Part shown: positions 38,438-50,563 of the stretch, piece by piece | Layout: each line of letters opens with the position of its first letter | Position numbering within the stretch: position 1 is the stretch's first letter | From: Thalia democratica | Lineage: Eukaryota | Assembly (NCBI GenBank): GCA_965202585.1 | Contig: OZ241834.1 | Coordinates: 39,866,001 to 39,930,000 of the forward strand | Direction of reading: 5' to 3' | Length of the DNA stretch: 64,000 nucleotides | The notes under the pieces: model-generated | What the model saw: the letters and a program-made list of their open reading frames with translations, nothing else | Told to the model about the DNA's origin: nothing | Database searches by the model: none | Translations under genes and position numbers: made by a program

Positions 38438-41400
38438 TCGGATGCTGTTGTTGTTGATCTTGCGGTGAAGTTCATTGTTTATTATCGATTGCATAAAACA
38501 TCTCAACTTCGTTGATGATGGCCGAAATAAATACTACTGGCTAATATAGTCAAGTCATACAAAAGTGCTTTTATGTATGTATAAATTTAATAAAATAATT
38601 TTACTTTTTGCAATGTAGAACTCGAATTTAGTTTTGTTTGATTATAAATATTGTACTAGACAAAGAAATTTAAAAGTGTTAGATTAAATTTTACCAGTAC
38701 AATCAGATGAAATATCTTAGCTGATGTGTTAGTTTTTCTCTTATTTAAATATGGTTTGGTAATTTACACATTTTAAGTTATACTTGTTATCATCATTTAG
38801 GTGAGATTCATAAAAAGTGTTACTTTAATATATTTACGGTACTTAACTGTTCAAAATTTAGGTTTAATTGTTTGCTAACTAAAGATCCTAGTGAAGTAAC
38901 TTCACTGGAATATAAATAAAAGCAAATTATACAGTAATCTTTCTTTATTCTACCAACATATGTTTCTGTGTATCATTCGTTACAACTAATAATTACGTCA
39001 CAATGTAAATGAGGTTATTTAAACTATTTAATTTGTATTTCAAAGAACATTAATTTAGTTTTTATATAATCTATTTTGAACAAAAATAAAACATTAACCA
39101 CTAGTTAAGAACAATAAAATTTGAATTAGTTGTCTTTCACATTAACGTGAGTTGTTTGTTTATATTATGTTTTGTTATATAATTTAGCTTACTTTACTTA
39201 TTTTAGACTTAATAATTACAAACATTATAGTTTTATAACAGTCGGATATAATATTAAGTATTTCACCTATTAATAACTATTATCTGTAGAAAATATCTTA
39301 TTTAATGAAAACATATATACACCTACTTTATTCTATGCTTCTATTCTCTCATTACAGTAATTATTTTTTTACAGAACCCAGTTGAAGTATGTTGATTCGT
39401 TGATACACAGAAACATATGTTGGTAGAATAAAGGTAGATTACTGTATAATTTGTTTTTTTACGGTACTTATAACTTTTAAATTTAAAAGAATTTTTTAGG
39501 CTAGTTCTCAGAACAATCTTTGTAGAAACCATTGCCGTTTGAAATAAATTTAGTTATATCATATTGAATTACGAGCCGATTGTTCTTATTAAAAATTTTA
39601 AGTTACTTAGTTTTACCATTTTTGAAAATAAGAATAGAACTGTAAGAAATGTTTTAATAAACTTTATGTCACTAATTACCAGTTAATTATAATAAATTTT
39701 AAGATAAATTGAAACTGGAGATACCCAAAAGAAGAAAACTATAATTTAAGAAATTCACTGTTTATTTTATATTTTAAGCGTTATCAATCACAAGTTAGTG
39801 GTGAAGTTCTAAATCATGTTCATCCTATAAAAAGTTTTATGGACAGTCTGATAATTACTTTACCAAGTCTATTTCAATCAACATTGTATTCACTTACGTC
39901 GGCTCTTTTTAATACTTAAGGAACAGGCTCTACTGACTTATTTTGTCATAAAATTTATGCCTTGCTTTTTATTTATTTAGATTTGAGGTGGATAACAATC
40001 AGCCTAAAAGCTTTTTTCGCTCACTGTGTCGAAGTTTATTAGTAAACTAAGCATTTTGAAATTTACGAATCTTTTAAAGATAGTAGTTATGTTTAACTGC
40101 CAAGCCCGCGATTACTCCTTAAATAGTTTTTCAAAGAAGTCGTGCCTAAAAACAGCCTCCTCTAAGTTGTATCTCATTATTATCTACAATTAGTCTTTAC
40201 AATAATTAGTTCATCTATCATTGTTGGACCATGCTGTGGAGGTCTTATATTAACTAGAAATGGAATATCTAAAGCAACCAGAGGGATTTAAATTGAACAA
40301 TACGGAGTACTTGATAAAAAACTCAGTGTAATTCAACTAAACTCCATGTTTAATATTCATTAAAATTATTTATATGTTGCATAATTTTTGACTAAGTTGT
40401 ACTGTTTTAACATGTGCATGGTTAACTGCTATTATGTAAGCACCGATTTATAAATTCCCCTGTTGATACTAACAGTACTAATTTGATTGCCTACTTTGGG
40501 TAGGTTTTCAGATAATAGCTTTCAGTTTTACTTTCAGTAAGTTTTTAAAACATACTAGCAAACAAGCTACTTTAAAATCGTGTTTTATAAGCAGGTAATC
40601 TTTATTAATTACATTTATTCGAATATAATTGGTATGTAAACCTCATTAAAAAGTACGTAAATACTTGTTTGCACCATGCATGAAAAGATATTACAAAAAA
40701 ATTAATTGAAGAATAATAAAATGCTAAAGTTAATACTCACAATGAAATTTTAAGGAAGCTTTCTTTTTTCAAATCAAATGTTTCCAATTTTAATTATAAC
40801 ACTAGATCTTTTGACCTTAATTAGCGATTTCATACCATTATTTTATTACTACAAATTTACATTAAATTATTAGGAGTGATTTAGCAAATCTACACTGATA
40901 AACGAAATTAATCTTTTATAAAAGAGTGACTTATGTTTAAATTCACTGGTAATTAGGATTAAACGTTTACTGTATTGTCCATATTTATAGAATTCAAGCT
41001 TTTGCAACTCCTGTTGCAAAACCAATAACATAGTATACGCCCAATAGTGTAGTCAATCTTTTGGTTTCACTTCATTATTCCCTTTTTTAGCACTTTTCTA
41101 GGGTCAAGACGTACAATCTTAGATTGCTCTAATTAATATCCTCCCAGACGTTTCTGATATTTAATTGCAAAATTTACATCTTTACTAAATCGAATCTTTC
41201 AAATCACAAACCTAACACTTAAAATTACTAGATGTCGTTTAAAGATAAATAACAGATATTAAAACTATTATACAACTGAATGTGCGTTACTCTGGCCTTA
41301 TTTTTTATATCGGTGGATAGGTTTTTTCAAATCGAAACATAAATGTTGTGTACAAATTTTAATTTACAGTTTTCATACTATTTTATTATTTGAAAAAGAC

Positions 41401-43039
41401 CACTAAATTTTAATTTACAAAATATTTTGACTTTTAGACTAGTATTCTTGCAACAATTCGATTTTTATAACGAATGCCTGAAGTTTACTTTATGTAAATT
41501 AAACCTAGTTTCTGAACGAAATTGGACTATCCTCGAGGTAGAGACAAGTATGTCATTACCACACACTCCAGGAAATTTCCAAGTTAGAAAAATCTTACTG
41601 GTTTTTAGATTTGTTCTGTTCAACTCCCGGCAGTTTTGATAGTATCTATATAGTCAGGATATTTTAAACATTCTTAAAATCTCAGGGTATATTTTATCTC
41701 TGTATTTAGCATGAGATTTAGTTAATCCCGTTTTGAAATATTGTGGAATAAGTTAATTTTATTCAATTACTTATTTTTTAAGCCTTGCGACTATTTCTTC
41801 CATATTCTTAAACTAAAATTAATTTTTTACTAAATAATAGAAATTTTAATTAAGGATTTATAAAACCTCGGGAAGTTTCGAGTCACTTTTTGACCCGAAG
41901 AGCGACAACCCTCTTACTAGAGAGCCCTTTTATCTCACGTATTTTATATCTTTGAAACCACAAACTTAACCATTATGAAACTAGTTAAGTTATAAATTTC
42001 TTTGGTTAGGATGACAGGTGTTATCTTTTAATACGAAAACATAGTGCTTTGTTTGTTTCAGAAATATTTATTGTTGCAACATTTACACTCTTAAATAAAG
42101 TGCCCGCAAATGCTTGAAAGACAAACTTTTTTACAACTGTTTAACTTTTAATTAAAAACCCTACAACAACAAATTTTACTTTCAACTTGCAAAGCACAAT
42201 TTAGCTTATAAACTTTTAAGTTAAACTTGATTAAACTTTAGCTCTTAGTAAACCTAATTGAGATGACTAAATGCTCCAAATATTGTCAACATTAATTTTT
42301 CAAATTAGTTAAATTTTGAATATTGTGCCTTATATATGTACAAATTCTTTTAGGTAAAAAATAAAAAGAATCTATCAAGGACAAAATTTGAAGAGCTTGC
42401 ATTAAGGCTATCAAATGTATCCTATTTTAAGCAAGATTTCTAGATAATATACCTTAAGTTAAATAAATAAAAAACACAGGCGACTAAATAAACAATGCAA
42501 AAAAAAAAACAATAACAACACGAGAATAAAAACAAGTTATTTACAGCAAGAAGCAATTGATGATATTTAAATAATCAATATTAGATAGTTGAATTTTCTA
42601 GCAAAAAATAATATTAAGTTTGTAAGTTTTATATCAATTTATAGACTGGTTAGTTAAGTCAACTGGGTATATTAGTTATTATTATAAATTGTTATAAGCC
42701 AGACTTAAATTTTTTAATTTATCTTTTTAATTGTAAATTTTTTATTTAGAACAATTATTCAAAGTTTAGTTTCTAAATATTATCATAGCTTTATTCAACA
42801 GATTGCTACTCTGCTAACAATGTTTTACCTGTAAGGATTCTCAGAGCTTAAAAGTAACAATAAAAAATAACATGATGCGTACAAATATGTAGTAGGATAA
42901 AATTAATAAGTAATCGAAAAATAAGAAGGTAATTAGTAATTATTCATTTAATTATGTACATAAATAAATCTATTGAAAAATAATTGAAAAAGTTTTTTTT
43001 TTAATTAACGATACTTAATAAAAAACAGAGTTAACACCA

Positions 43040-43660
43040 ATTCAGCCGAGTTTCATTTAAAACAAGATGGCAACAGAAGTACAGAAATCTCAAACAACAA
43101 CCCTGTCTAAATTCCCTATATCAAACAACATCGAATTCTAAAAAATTAAATGGCAAATGCTACTTAAAATTAACAACTCAGCACCAAGAAAGGCAGACAG
43201 TTGTTTTATTTGTAATCGAATGGACATTGCTGAAGCAGATAGAATTGTACCATTAAGCATAAAAAGGATTTAATTGTCATGTGCCCCCACTTAGATCTTC
43301 TTATTTTTTTATTCATCAACTACTTACATATTTTTGTACCTAATTCATGTATTTTTGCACTACCCATAAGTTTTTTATTTTTCATTAGTATATTTTTATT
43401 TATTATCATTTTATATTTTTGATTAATGTCTTTACAGTTTTTATCAAGTGTTATTAAGTTTTAAAAAACGTTTTTTAATTATTTTCTTATAGGTTTGTTT
43501 AGATATATCATTAAAATAATTAATTACTATTTATCTTTTTACTGCTTGATTACTTGTTTACTTGATCTTACAACATATTTGTTATTTCATTTTTATTGCT
43601 ACTTTTAAGCCTTGAAGATCCGTATAGGTGAAACATTGTTAGCTGAGTAATAGTCTGTTG
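43040..43660 (+). mobile_element. Decayed Penelope-like element 3' end (C-terminal part of GIY-YIG endonuclease, AT-rich 3' UTR, degenerate hammerhead)
   Basis: Broken translation TTLSKF..NNIEF*KIKWQMLLKINNSAPRKADSCFICNRMDIAEAD.../DLIVMCPHL resembles the PLE endonuclease C-terminus (W.IL, CxxC, CxH). Followed at 43611-43640 by cttgaagatccgtataggtgaaacattgtt. Confidence 0.6.
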
Positions 43661-45238
43661 AATTAATTTATGATAAATAAGCTCTCTGGTATTTTATATA
43701 GATTGAGCAATTAAATTCATATAGTTCTTTTACTTATGTGTTTCCCAGTAATGGTTGATTGAAATAGTTTCTACCATATAAGCTTCTGTTTATTTTTTTA
43801 TTTTGGAGCACTAACAGTTATTAATAGTTAATACGTAGTAGTAATTAAATAAAAAAAAAAGAGCAAGTAAGACATATAAGAAAATATCTGAAACAAATAA
43901 AACTTTACTGTTACATTTTTTATCCTACAGATTTGTATTACATCTTTTAAATTACTCTTAAGTTGATATAATACCTAATAAATACTGGTTAAAGTGAAAA
44001 AGTTGTTAAAAAAAACTATTCAAATAAAAATTAAGAGAAAGTTATTGCCATTACAATACGTCAAATTGTTATGAATTTTTTTTGTATAATTCCAAATCAA
44101 TTCATTTTTTATCTATGAGCTATATAACTACTTGTCAACCATAAGGTATATCATAAAATCTACATTAAATATTAAAAATATAAGCGAAATGATGTACATT
44201 TGTATAATTTTATTTATATTAGTATTAACAAAGATGACTACAAATAGTTTATAATTCTATACTTATGCAACCATTAACTATTGACAGAGTTTAATAGAAT
44301 AGAATAATTAATATTAACTATCTAATTAGTATTACTAAGTGTAAATAAAATATTAAGGTAATCACTGAATACATTTTTTATTTGGTATTATAACATTGTA
44401 AAATAATATATTGAGTTTTTACCGAAAGAAAGAAATATGGTAGATGCTTGATTTACAACATTAATGTTTTACTAAGCTCTGGTATACCTTATGGTTGCTA
44501 AAGTACTTAGAATAGCCCAGCACATAAACAAAAACAACTTAAAATTTTTAAAACAATTTTTTAATCTTTACTTAGTCCACATTAAAAAAAATCTGTTTGC
44601 AACAACCAAAATTAAATAGCTAACATATCAACATTTATCAAAGATATTTTTTTAATGTTCTTATAACATAAAAATATTAAATTAAATTAGATTACATTTA
44701 ATCTTACTTTAATTATTTCAGTTTTTCTTAATAACAGAAAAGCATAGCTTTAACTTCCAACTATTAGTAATAGTATATTTTTGAACTAGTTAAGAACTTT
44801 TTTTAGATAATACCCTTACAATTCTTAAATTTTAACTAAATACTACTAAAAAAATTATCAGAGCTTAATAGGAAAATTAAAATCTACAAGTTGGTTTTTA
44901 TTGAAAGACTTTAATCTTAGCTTTTAGGATACATCTATAACTTCAATAAAACTTAAATGATTCCTTATAAAGGTATACTTTTAAACTGAAAAGGAAAATG
45001 TAAACAAAAATCTGATTTTTTCTATATTTACTAACATGGAAGTTATATTTTTTAGAGTGCTTTATTTATGACTAAAATAAATATGCAAAACCAGAAGATA
45101 AAAACTAGATTTTCGTCTTACATTTTTCTAAATTGATAACAACAAGCTGTTTAAGTTTTAAGAAAACAATAATAGTTATTATGATTTAAAATTTTAAACA
45201 TTACTGACGATTAAATATACAATAAAATATACAATAAA

Positions 45239-46616
45239 ATACACAAGACACACAATTCAGTAAACTTAATATATTTCGAGCAATTCTCATCAGTAGACTA
45301 CAAAGCTTACAAGAGATAAGATTTACAAACTTATATAGTAACAAAGTAATCAAGAGAGTAATAAAAAGACAAAAGCAACTAGTAACAGTTGAAATCATTT
45401 AAACTTACTTACATTATAATTAAGCTGTAGTAAAACTATACATTAAAAAATGACAATAACACGCCTTATAAAGGTTTACGAAAATAAAGAAACAGTATAA
45501 TCAAAATATTTTTGCTTTCACAAAACAAGTTTTCTCAATAAAATACAAATAGCTTCTAGTTTAATGAAATTAAAAACATCACTACAATTAATTATCATTT
45601 TAAATCTATTTAGATTATAACTATTTGCACACGTTGAGTTATTATATAACAAATGTTCTGCAATAGACGAATGTTTTGAAGCTTTAAGAACTTTTACAGG
45701 TATATCATACTTCTTTTCTAAGTAGCAAAAATTCTCGACACTCTTGGGGACATGCTCTTTTGTCCTTTTTCTTACTTTCTTGTTGTCAATTTGATATAGC
45801 TTGCTTTACAACAACAGGTAAATTGGTAAATTACCATGCTTTTATTTAAGTTGGATATCGGATCTTTACCACCTGGTGTTATTGGTGGTTTTGACGTAAA
45901 GACAATTCTTGGGTTTAAATTAAATATTTTTATGCAGCAAAATAAAGGATTGTCTTTACGTCAAAACCACCAATAACACCAGGTGGTAAAGATCTGATAT
46001 CTAACTTAAATAAAAGCATGGTAATTTACCAATTTACCTGTTGTTGTAAAGCAAGCTATATCAAATTGACAACAAGAAAGTAAGAAAAAGGACAAAAGAG
46101 CATGTCCCCAAGAGTGTCGAGAATTTTTGCTACTTAGAAAAGAAGGATGATATACCTGTAAAAGTTCTTAAAGCTTCAAAACGTTCGTCTATTGCAGAAC
46201 ATTTGTTATATAATAACTCAACGTGTGCAAATAGTTATAATCTAAATAGATTTAAAATGATAATTAATTGTAGTGATGTTTTTAATTTCATTAAACTAGA
46301 AGCTATTTGTATTTTATTGAGAAAACTTGTTTTGTGAAAGCAAAAATATTTTGATTATACTGTTTCTTTATTTTCGTAAACCTTTATAAGGCGTGTTATT
46401 GTCATTTTTTAATGTATAGTTTTACTACAGCTTAATTATAATGTAAGTAAGTTTAAATGATTTCAACTGTTACTAGTTGCTTTTGTCTTTTTATTACTCT
46501 CTTGATTACTTTGTTACTATATAAGTTTGTAAATCTTATCTCTTGTAAGCTTTGTAGTCTACTGATGAGAATTGCTCGAAATATATTAAGTTTACTGAAT
46601 TGTGTGTCTTGTGTAT
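45239..46616. mobile_element. Palindromic Penelope-like insertion: two 668-bp tail-out 3' fragments (GIY-YIG pseudogene, 3' UTR, hammerhead-like motif) around a 42-bp spacer
   Basis: 45239-45906 is the reverse complement of 45949-46616, with 4 mismatches and no indels on line-by-line comparison. The right arm encodes KSMVIYQFTCCCKASYIKLTTR/RKRTKEHVPK...SSIAEHL...KLEAICILLRKLVL*KQKYFDYTVSLFS*. ctgatgagaattgctcgaaatatat lies at 46562-46586 and is mirrored in the left arm. Confidence 0.9.
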
Positions 46617-46638
46617 CTAATTGTATTTTATTATTTAA

Positions 46639-47318
46639 AGGCATAGGGGAGGGTAAACACCCCTTTTTGGTTTTTGATCTTATTTTACTTAGTTTTTACT
46701 AAACTACAAGATGCTTTTTACAGATTTTAAAAATTCAAAATAATTTTTGAGATATAGCTGGTCAAAGTCGGAGGCAACAATAGGATCCTTATGGGAGGCG
46801 CAAACTAAAACGGCTAATAACTAGAAATCACTAAAAATCTATCTCCTCCTACGCTTTTTAAGATAACTACCTCAAATTTTCAGGAAATATTCCTTGCTAT
46901 TTTTAGAAAATTCTGTTGGAACAGATTTTAAAAAAATTAAAAAACAAAAATTTTATAACAAAAAAAATAAAAAAAACTGTTTTTTATTTCTTTATTTTTT
47001 ATATAAATGTTTATTTTTTAATTTTTAAAAATTCTTTCCAACAGAATTTTCTAAATATATCAAGGAACATTTCCTGAAAATTTGAGGCAGTTATCTCAAA
47101 AAACGTAGGAGAAGATAGATTTTTAGTGAAATAGTCTATTTTTGCCGTTTTAGTTTGCGCCTCCCATAAGGAACCAATTGTTGCCTCCAACTTTGACCGG
47201 CTATATCTCAAAAATTTTTAAATTTTTTAAATCTGTAAAAAGCATTTTGTAGCTTAGTAAAAACTATATAAAATAAGATCAAAAATAAAAAAAGGGTGTT
47301 TACCCCCTCCCTATGCCC
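46639..47318. mobile_element. TTAA-flanked fold-back MITE (Kolobok- or piggyBac-like), 680 bp, long imperfect TIRs
   Basis: ttaa|aggcataggggagggtaaacaccc ... gggtgtttaccccctccctatgccc|ttaa. The two halves are imperfect reverse complements over about 300 bp. Confidence 0.85.
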
Positions 47319-48256
47319 TTAACTTCTTCAATATTTTTATTAAACATATTAGATGTAAAATTATAATCTGAGACCAATTTATACTATTGATTATTGTCAT
47401 AAAGTTGTAAGAAAAAAGTGGGTGGGTGATATCCAAATAACAACAAAATTTTCAACTTTTTTATCTGTTTAAATTGCATTACATAGTAAGAGGATGAAAC
47501 TTGAAAATTGTAAAGATAAACAGGTTTTATATGTAACACCCCCCTATTTTATTTCAAACTTTATTTGGCACACAAACATAAAAGCCACTGAGCTAATTTT
47601 ACATTTAAGAACAAATATATAAACCTCTGTGTCTTAACATTTTTTAAAATTTATCTCTTTACATATTTTTTTATTAACTCAATTGAGTATATAATTTTTG
47701 TTTAGACTGTCAGTAACCTTAAAAATATATCAACACAAAAATTTAAAATTTTAAGTACTAACTGTTAATCAACCAAAATAAATTGTAAGGGACCTTTTAA
47801 TATCAAATCTCAAATTTTAACATATTTTAAATTTTTTATAGGTTCTAAAACTTTGAAGGTTTCAATGGAGTGTACAACCACACTTGAAACCATTATTAAA
47901 TTGAACCTAAGCTAATATTAAATAATACTTAAAGCTACTCTACATAAAACTTATTCAAAATAAAACTAAAAAACATTGATATCTATCATTAAATTTAATA
48001 AATTCAATTTATTTACTTTTACTGGCAGTTGTTGGACAAATAAACATTTGTATTAAATTATCCATTAAATACTAATTAATAACTAATTTGTAATTTGTTA
48101 TAATATAAGTTAAATTTAATTTAAGTACATTTAATTAATTATTAGTTTATTTAATAGAACTAGCTTAACTTAAAATACAGTTACTAACTTATTTTAAAGT
48201 TAATGCTATTTTAAAGTAGCTTCTTGCTGTATAAATATCAAAAAGTAAAAATTATA

Positions 48257-50563
48257 CTATATTCTAATTAGCTGTGCACCCCTCCCACACTCCGTTGTTC
48301 CTTGGAGCCGAAAAGGACCACATCTGTGTACAATTTCCTGAAACATCTGCCTCCATGAAACTTCTGTGGAATGAAGTTGGCTTCTCCTTGCTCGCAGTTG
48401 TTCCAATTTCCTTGAGATCCACTGATTTAGCATTCCTAAGCGGTTCTGTTGTTAAAAATAAATGTTTGGAAAAAATTTTTGTAATAGAAAACTAACAAAA
48501 ACTACAAGAAACTGAATTGTCAAAAACTGTAACTCTAGTATTCGATCATCAACTTTTTTAAAGCAGCAGGCTGCACTATAAAGATAAAGTAATTTTAGTA
48601 TTTAACATAAAAGTTCTTTTTTAAACCAAAGTAGTGATAAAACAAGCAATAATTATAGAACTAGTAATTAACATTATTCAAAATAGAGCCAAATTGTAAG
48701 TTCTTACCCAATAAAAAACTTTTTTATTGTTTCAAAAAAGTCTGTTTAAAATACCTTTTGGGCCTGCAGATTTTTGCTTTTTAGACCACATTTGGCCATG
48801 GGCAAGTTTACCAACCCTAGCTTTAGTCTAATTAAAGAAACTTGTGTTTGTAGAAAATTAAAAATAGATACAAAAGTGTATGAGGGTCATAACCACAATA
48901 CAGACATTGATAAAGTAGCTTTAAATCTTGAAAAAAGTGAATTATTTCAAAATGACATTTTATAGAAAAAACTAAGTAAAGGCCATTAGAGGGGGCTCAA
49001 GATTTTTTACAAAAAATAACATCAGCTCTTGTTTGAAAGTTTAGCAGGGTTTCCCAAACTCTTTTTCATTAAGCCCCTTTGAAGAATTTAAAAAGCTATG
49101 GCCCCCTTTATCAAAAAATAAATGTTAAGTACACTTAAGACCTTATTTGTTCTGTTCTTTATCATCAACTCTAGATTATCTAGTTGACGTTTCAAATTTT
49201 ATGGCCTTACGGCCCCCTAAATTTATAAAAGGGAAGCCCTGGTCTATAAAGTTTTAAATTACCCTTAAATACGCATAAGTCCTTATTTAATTTCAGATTA
49301 TGTAGAATAAGTTTCAGGTTATGGCCTCATGGCCCACATTGCCCCTTTTGCAGCTTATGGCCACCTAAGTTTCTGAAATGGTTCCCATAGGAACCCCTGG
49401 TCTATGTACTCCAAGACAGGCTACAGTTAGAAAATTGTGAATACTTCATTGAAATATCTTTTATTTCTTAAAGTTATTTGATTTTGTAATTCTTGACACG
49501 TCATGGTCACAGTGGTAAATATTCTGCTAAGAACTTGGTATAAATTTAGTTGTGGCACCATAATAAAAAGTCTAAACAAAATCAAATTATTTAGACAGAT
49601 TACCAAGATTTAAAACAGATGGTTTTGATAACTCTTTATAGTTCTTTAAACATTGTTTTATTTCAAGAGGGAAGTCACGGTTTTTATTCCTAACAAATTG
49701 GTGCTAATTAAATGCTTCTTTTCAGTTACTAATAGCACAAAATACTATGTTAAATATAAAAGGAGCCGACCCAATAATAATATTTTAAGGGAACAAAATG
49801 TTATGAAACATTTTGAAAAACACTTCATATTTTAATTAAGTTCTTGACGATAGAATTAGGTAGGAGATCTGGTTGACCAAAAACACAACCTTAGATTAAT
49901 CACCTCGTTCTAAGACCAACCTTTAGTCTAAACTAAAAAGCAATAAAATATCAAAACTTAAGTATAATATTTTACATGTCAATCGGAATTAAAAATTTCA
50001 ACAGCCCATAACATTATCTGACTTACAAAACAAAAAGTTTTAAAAAATTTTAGATTAAATATTAATTAACATGTTACTACATACTATTTAAATAAATAGG
50101 TTAAAAACTCCTGGAATAAAATAACTAACTTATGTTAAATGTTTATCAAAGGATAACTACTGTTAATTATTTCCATTGTATAATTTAGTTTTATTTTTAA
50201 GTTAACTATTTTATCAAAAAAAAAAATTAACTTAACTGTGGCTTAACATGTAAATTTAATGTACTTTAAAATGTACTTTAACATGTACTTTTCATGATTA
50301 AATTACAAAAGACTAAGTTAATCTTTAAAAATATCAAAAATGGCATATAATTTTACATTTACCTAAAAAATAAGTAAAAATTAAAAGCACATTTAACAAC
50401 AATAAAATTAAATTATTACTGTTCAAAATTGTTACCATACATATTTTGTAGAAAACAAATAAACATACCCAAGCACCCTTCCACCTTGTATCATCACTAT
50501 GTCTGTTGTTGAGCAAAGGCTTTTGAGAATTGAACTTGAAGATTCAAAAATTTGAGAACTCAT
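48257..50563 (-). CDS. Small spliced gene of unknown function; three exons, two alternative open frames; 5' end uncertain
   Basis: Exons end at donor 50469|GTATGT, span 48827-48755 (AG/GT) and start at 48445. One frame reads NSQKPLLNNRHSDDTRWKGAWTKARVGKLAHGQMWSKKQKSAGPKEPLRNAKSVDLKEIGTTASKEKPTSFHRSFMEADVSGNCTQMWSFSAPRNNGVWEGCTAN* (stop ends 48264). The other starts at ATG 50563 and gives 118 aa (stop ends 48257). Confidence 0.65.
49045..49399. mobile_element. hAT-like MITE remnants (CAGGG...CCCTG ends)
   Basis: Left end cagggtttcccaaact at 49045; right-end-like gggaagccctg (ends 49241) and ggaacccctg (ends 49399), both followed by gtctat. TSD not matched. Confidence 0.5.

Larger units (their letters stand above)
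38057..38544 (+). mobile_element. Retrozyme-like non-coding retroelement: 158/161-bp direct repeats each starting with a type I hammerhead ribozyme, 327-nt period
   Basis: Repeats 38057-38214 and 38384-38544 differ by 2 substitutions and a 3-nt insertion. Each carries CTGATGA-GTCCT-AATA-AGGAC-GAAAC-CG-GT(C/T). Confidence 0.85.

Noticed and set aside
41866-41930. Hairpin gtca-ctttt-tgac next to gaaac on the minus strand, hammerhead-like
   Set aside because: Lacks the CUGANGA core; looks more like a DNA-transposon subterminal motif.
45201-46702. Identical ORFs on opposite strands (45201-45398, 46453-46644, 46457-46702)
   Set aside because: Mirror products of the palindrome's AT-rich 3' UTR; the only protein-like signal is the broken GIY-YIG frame.
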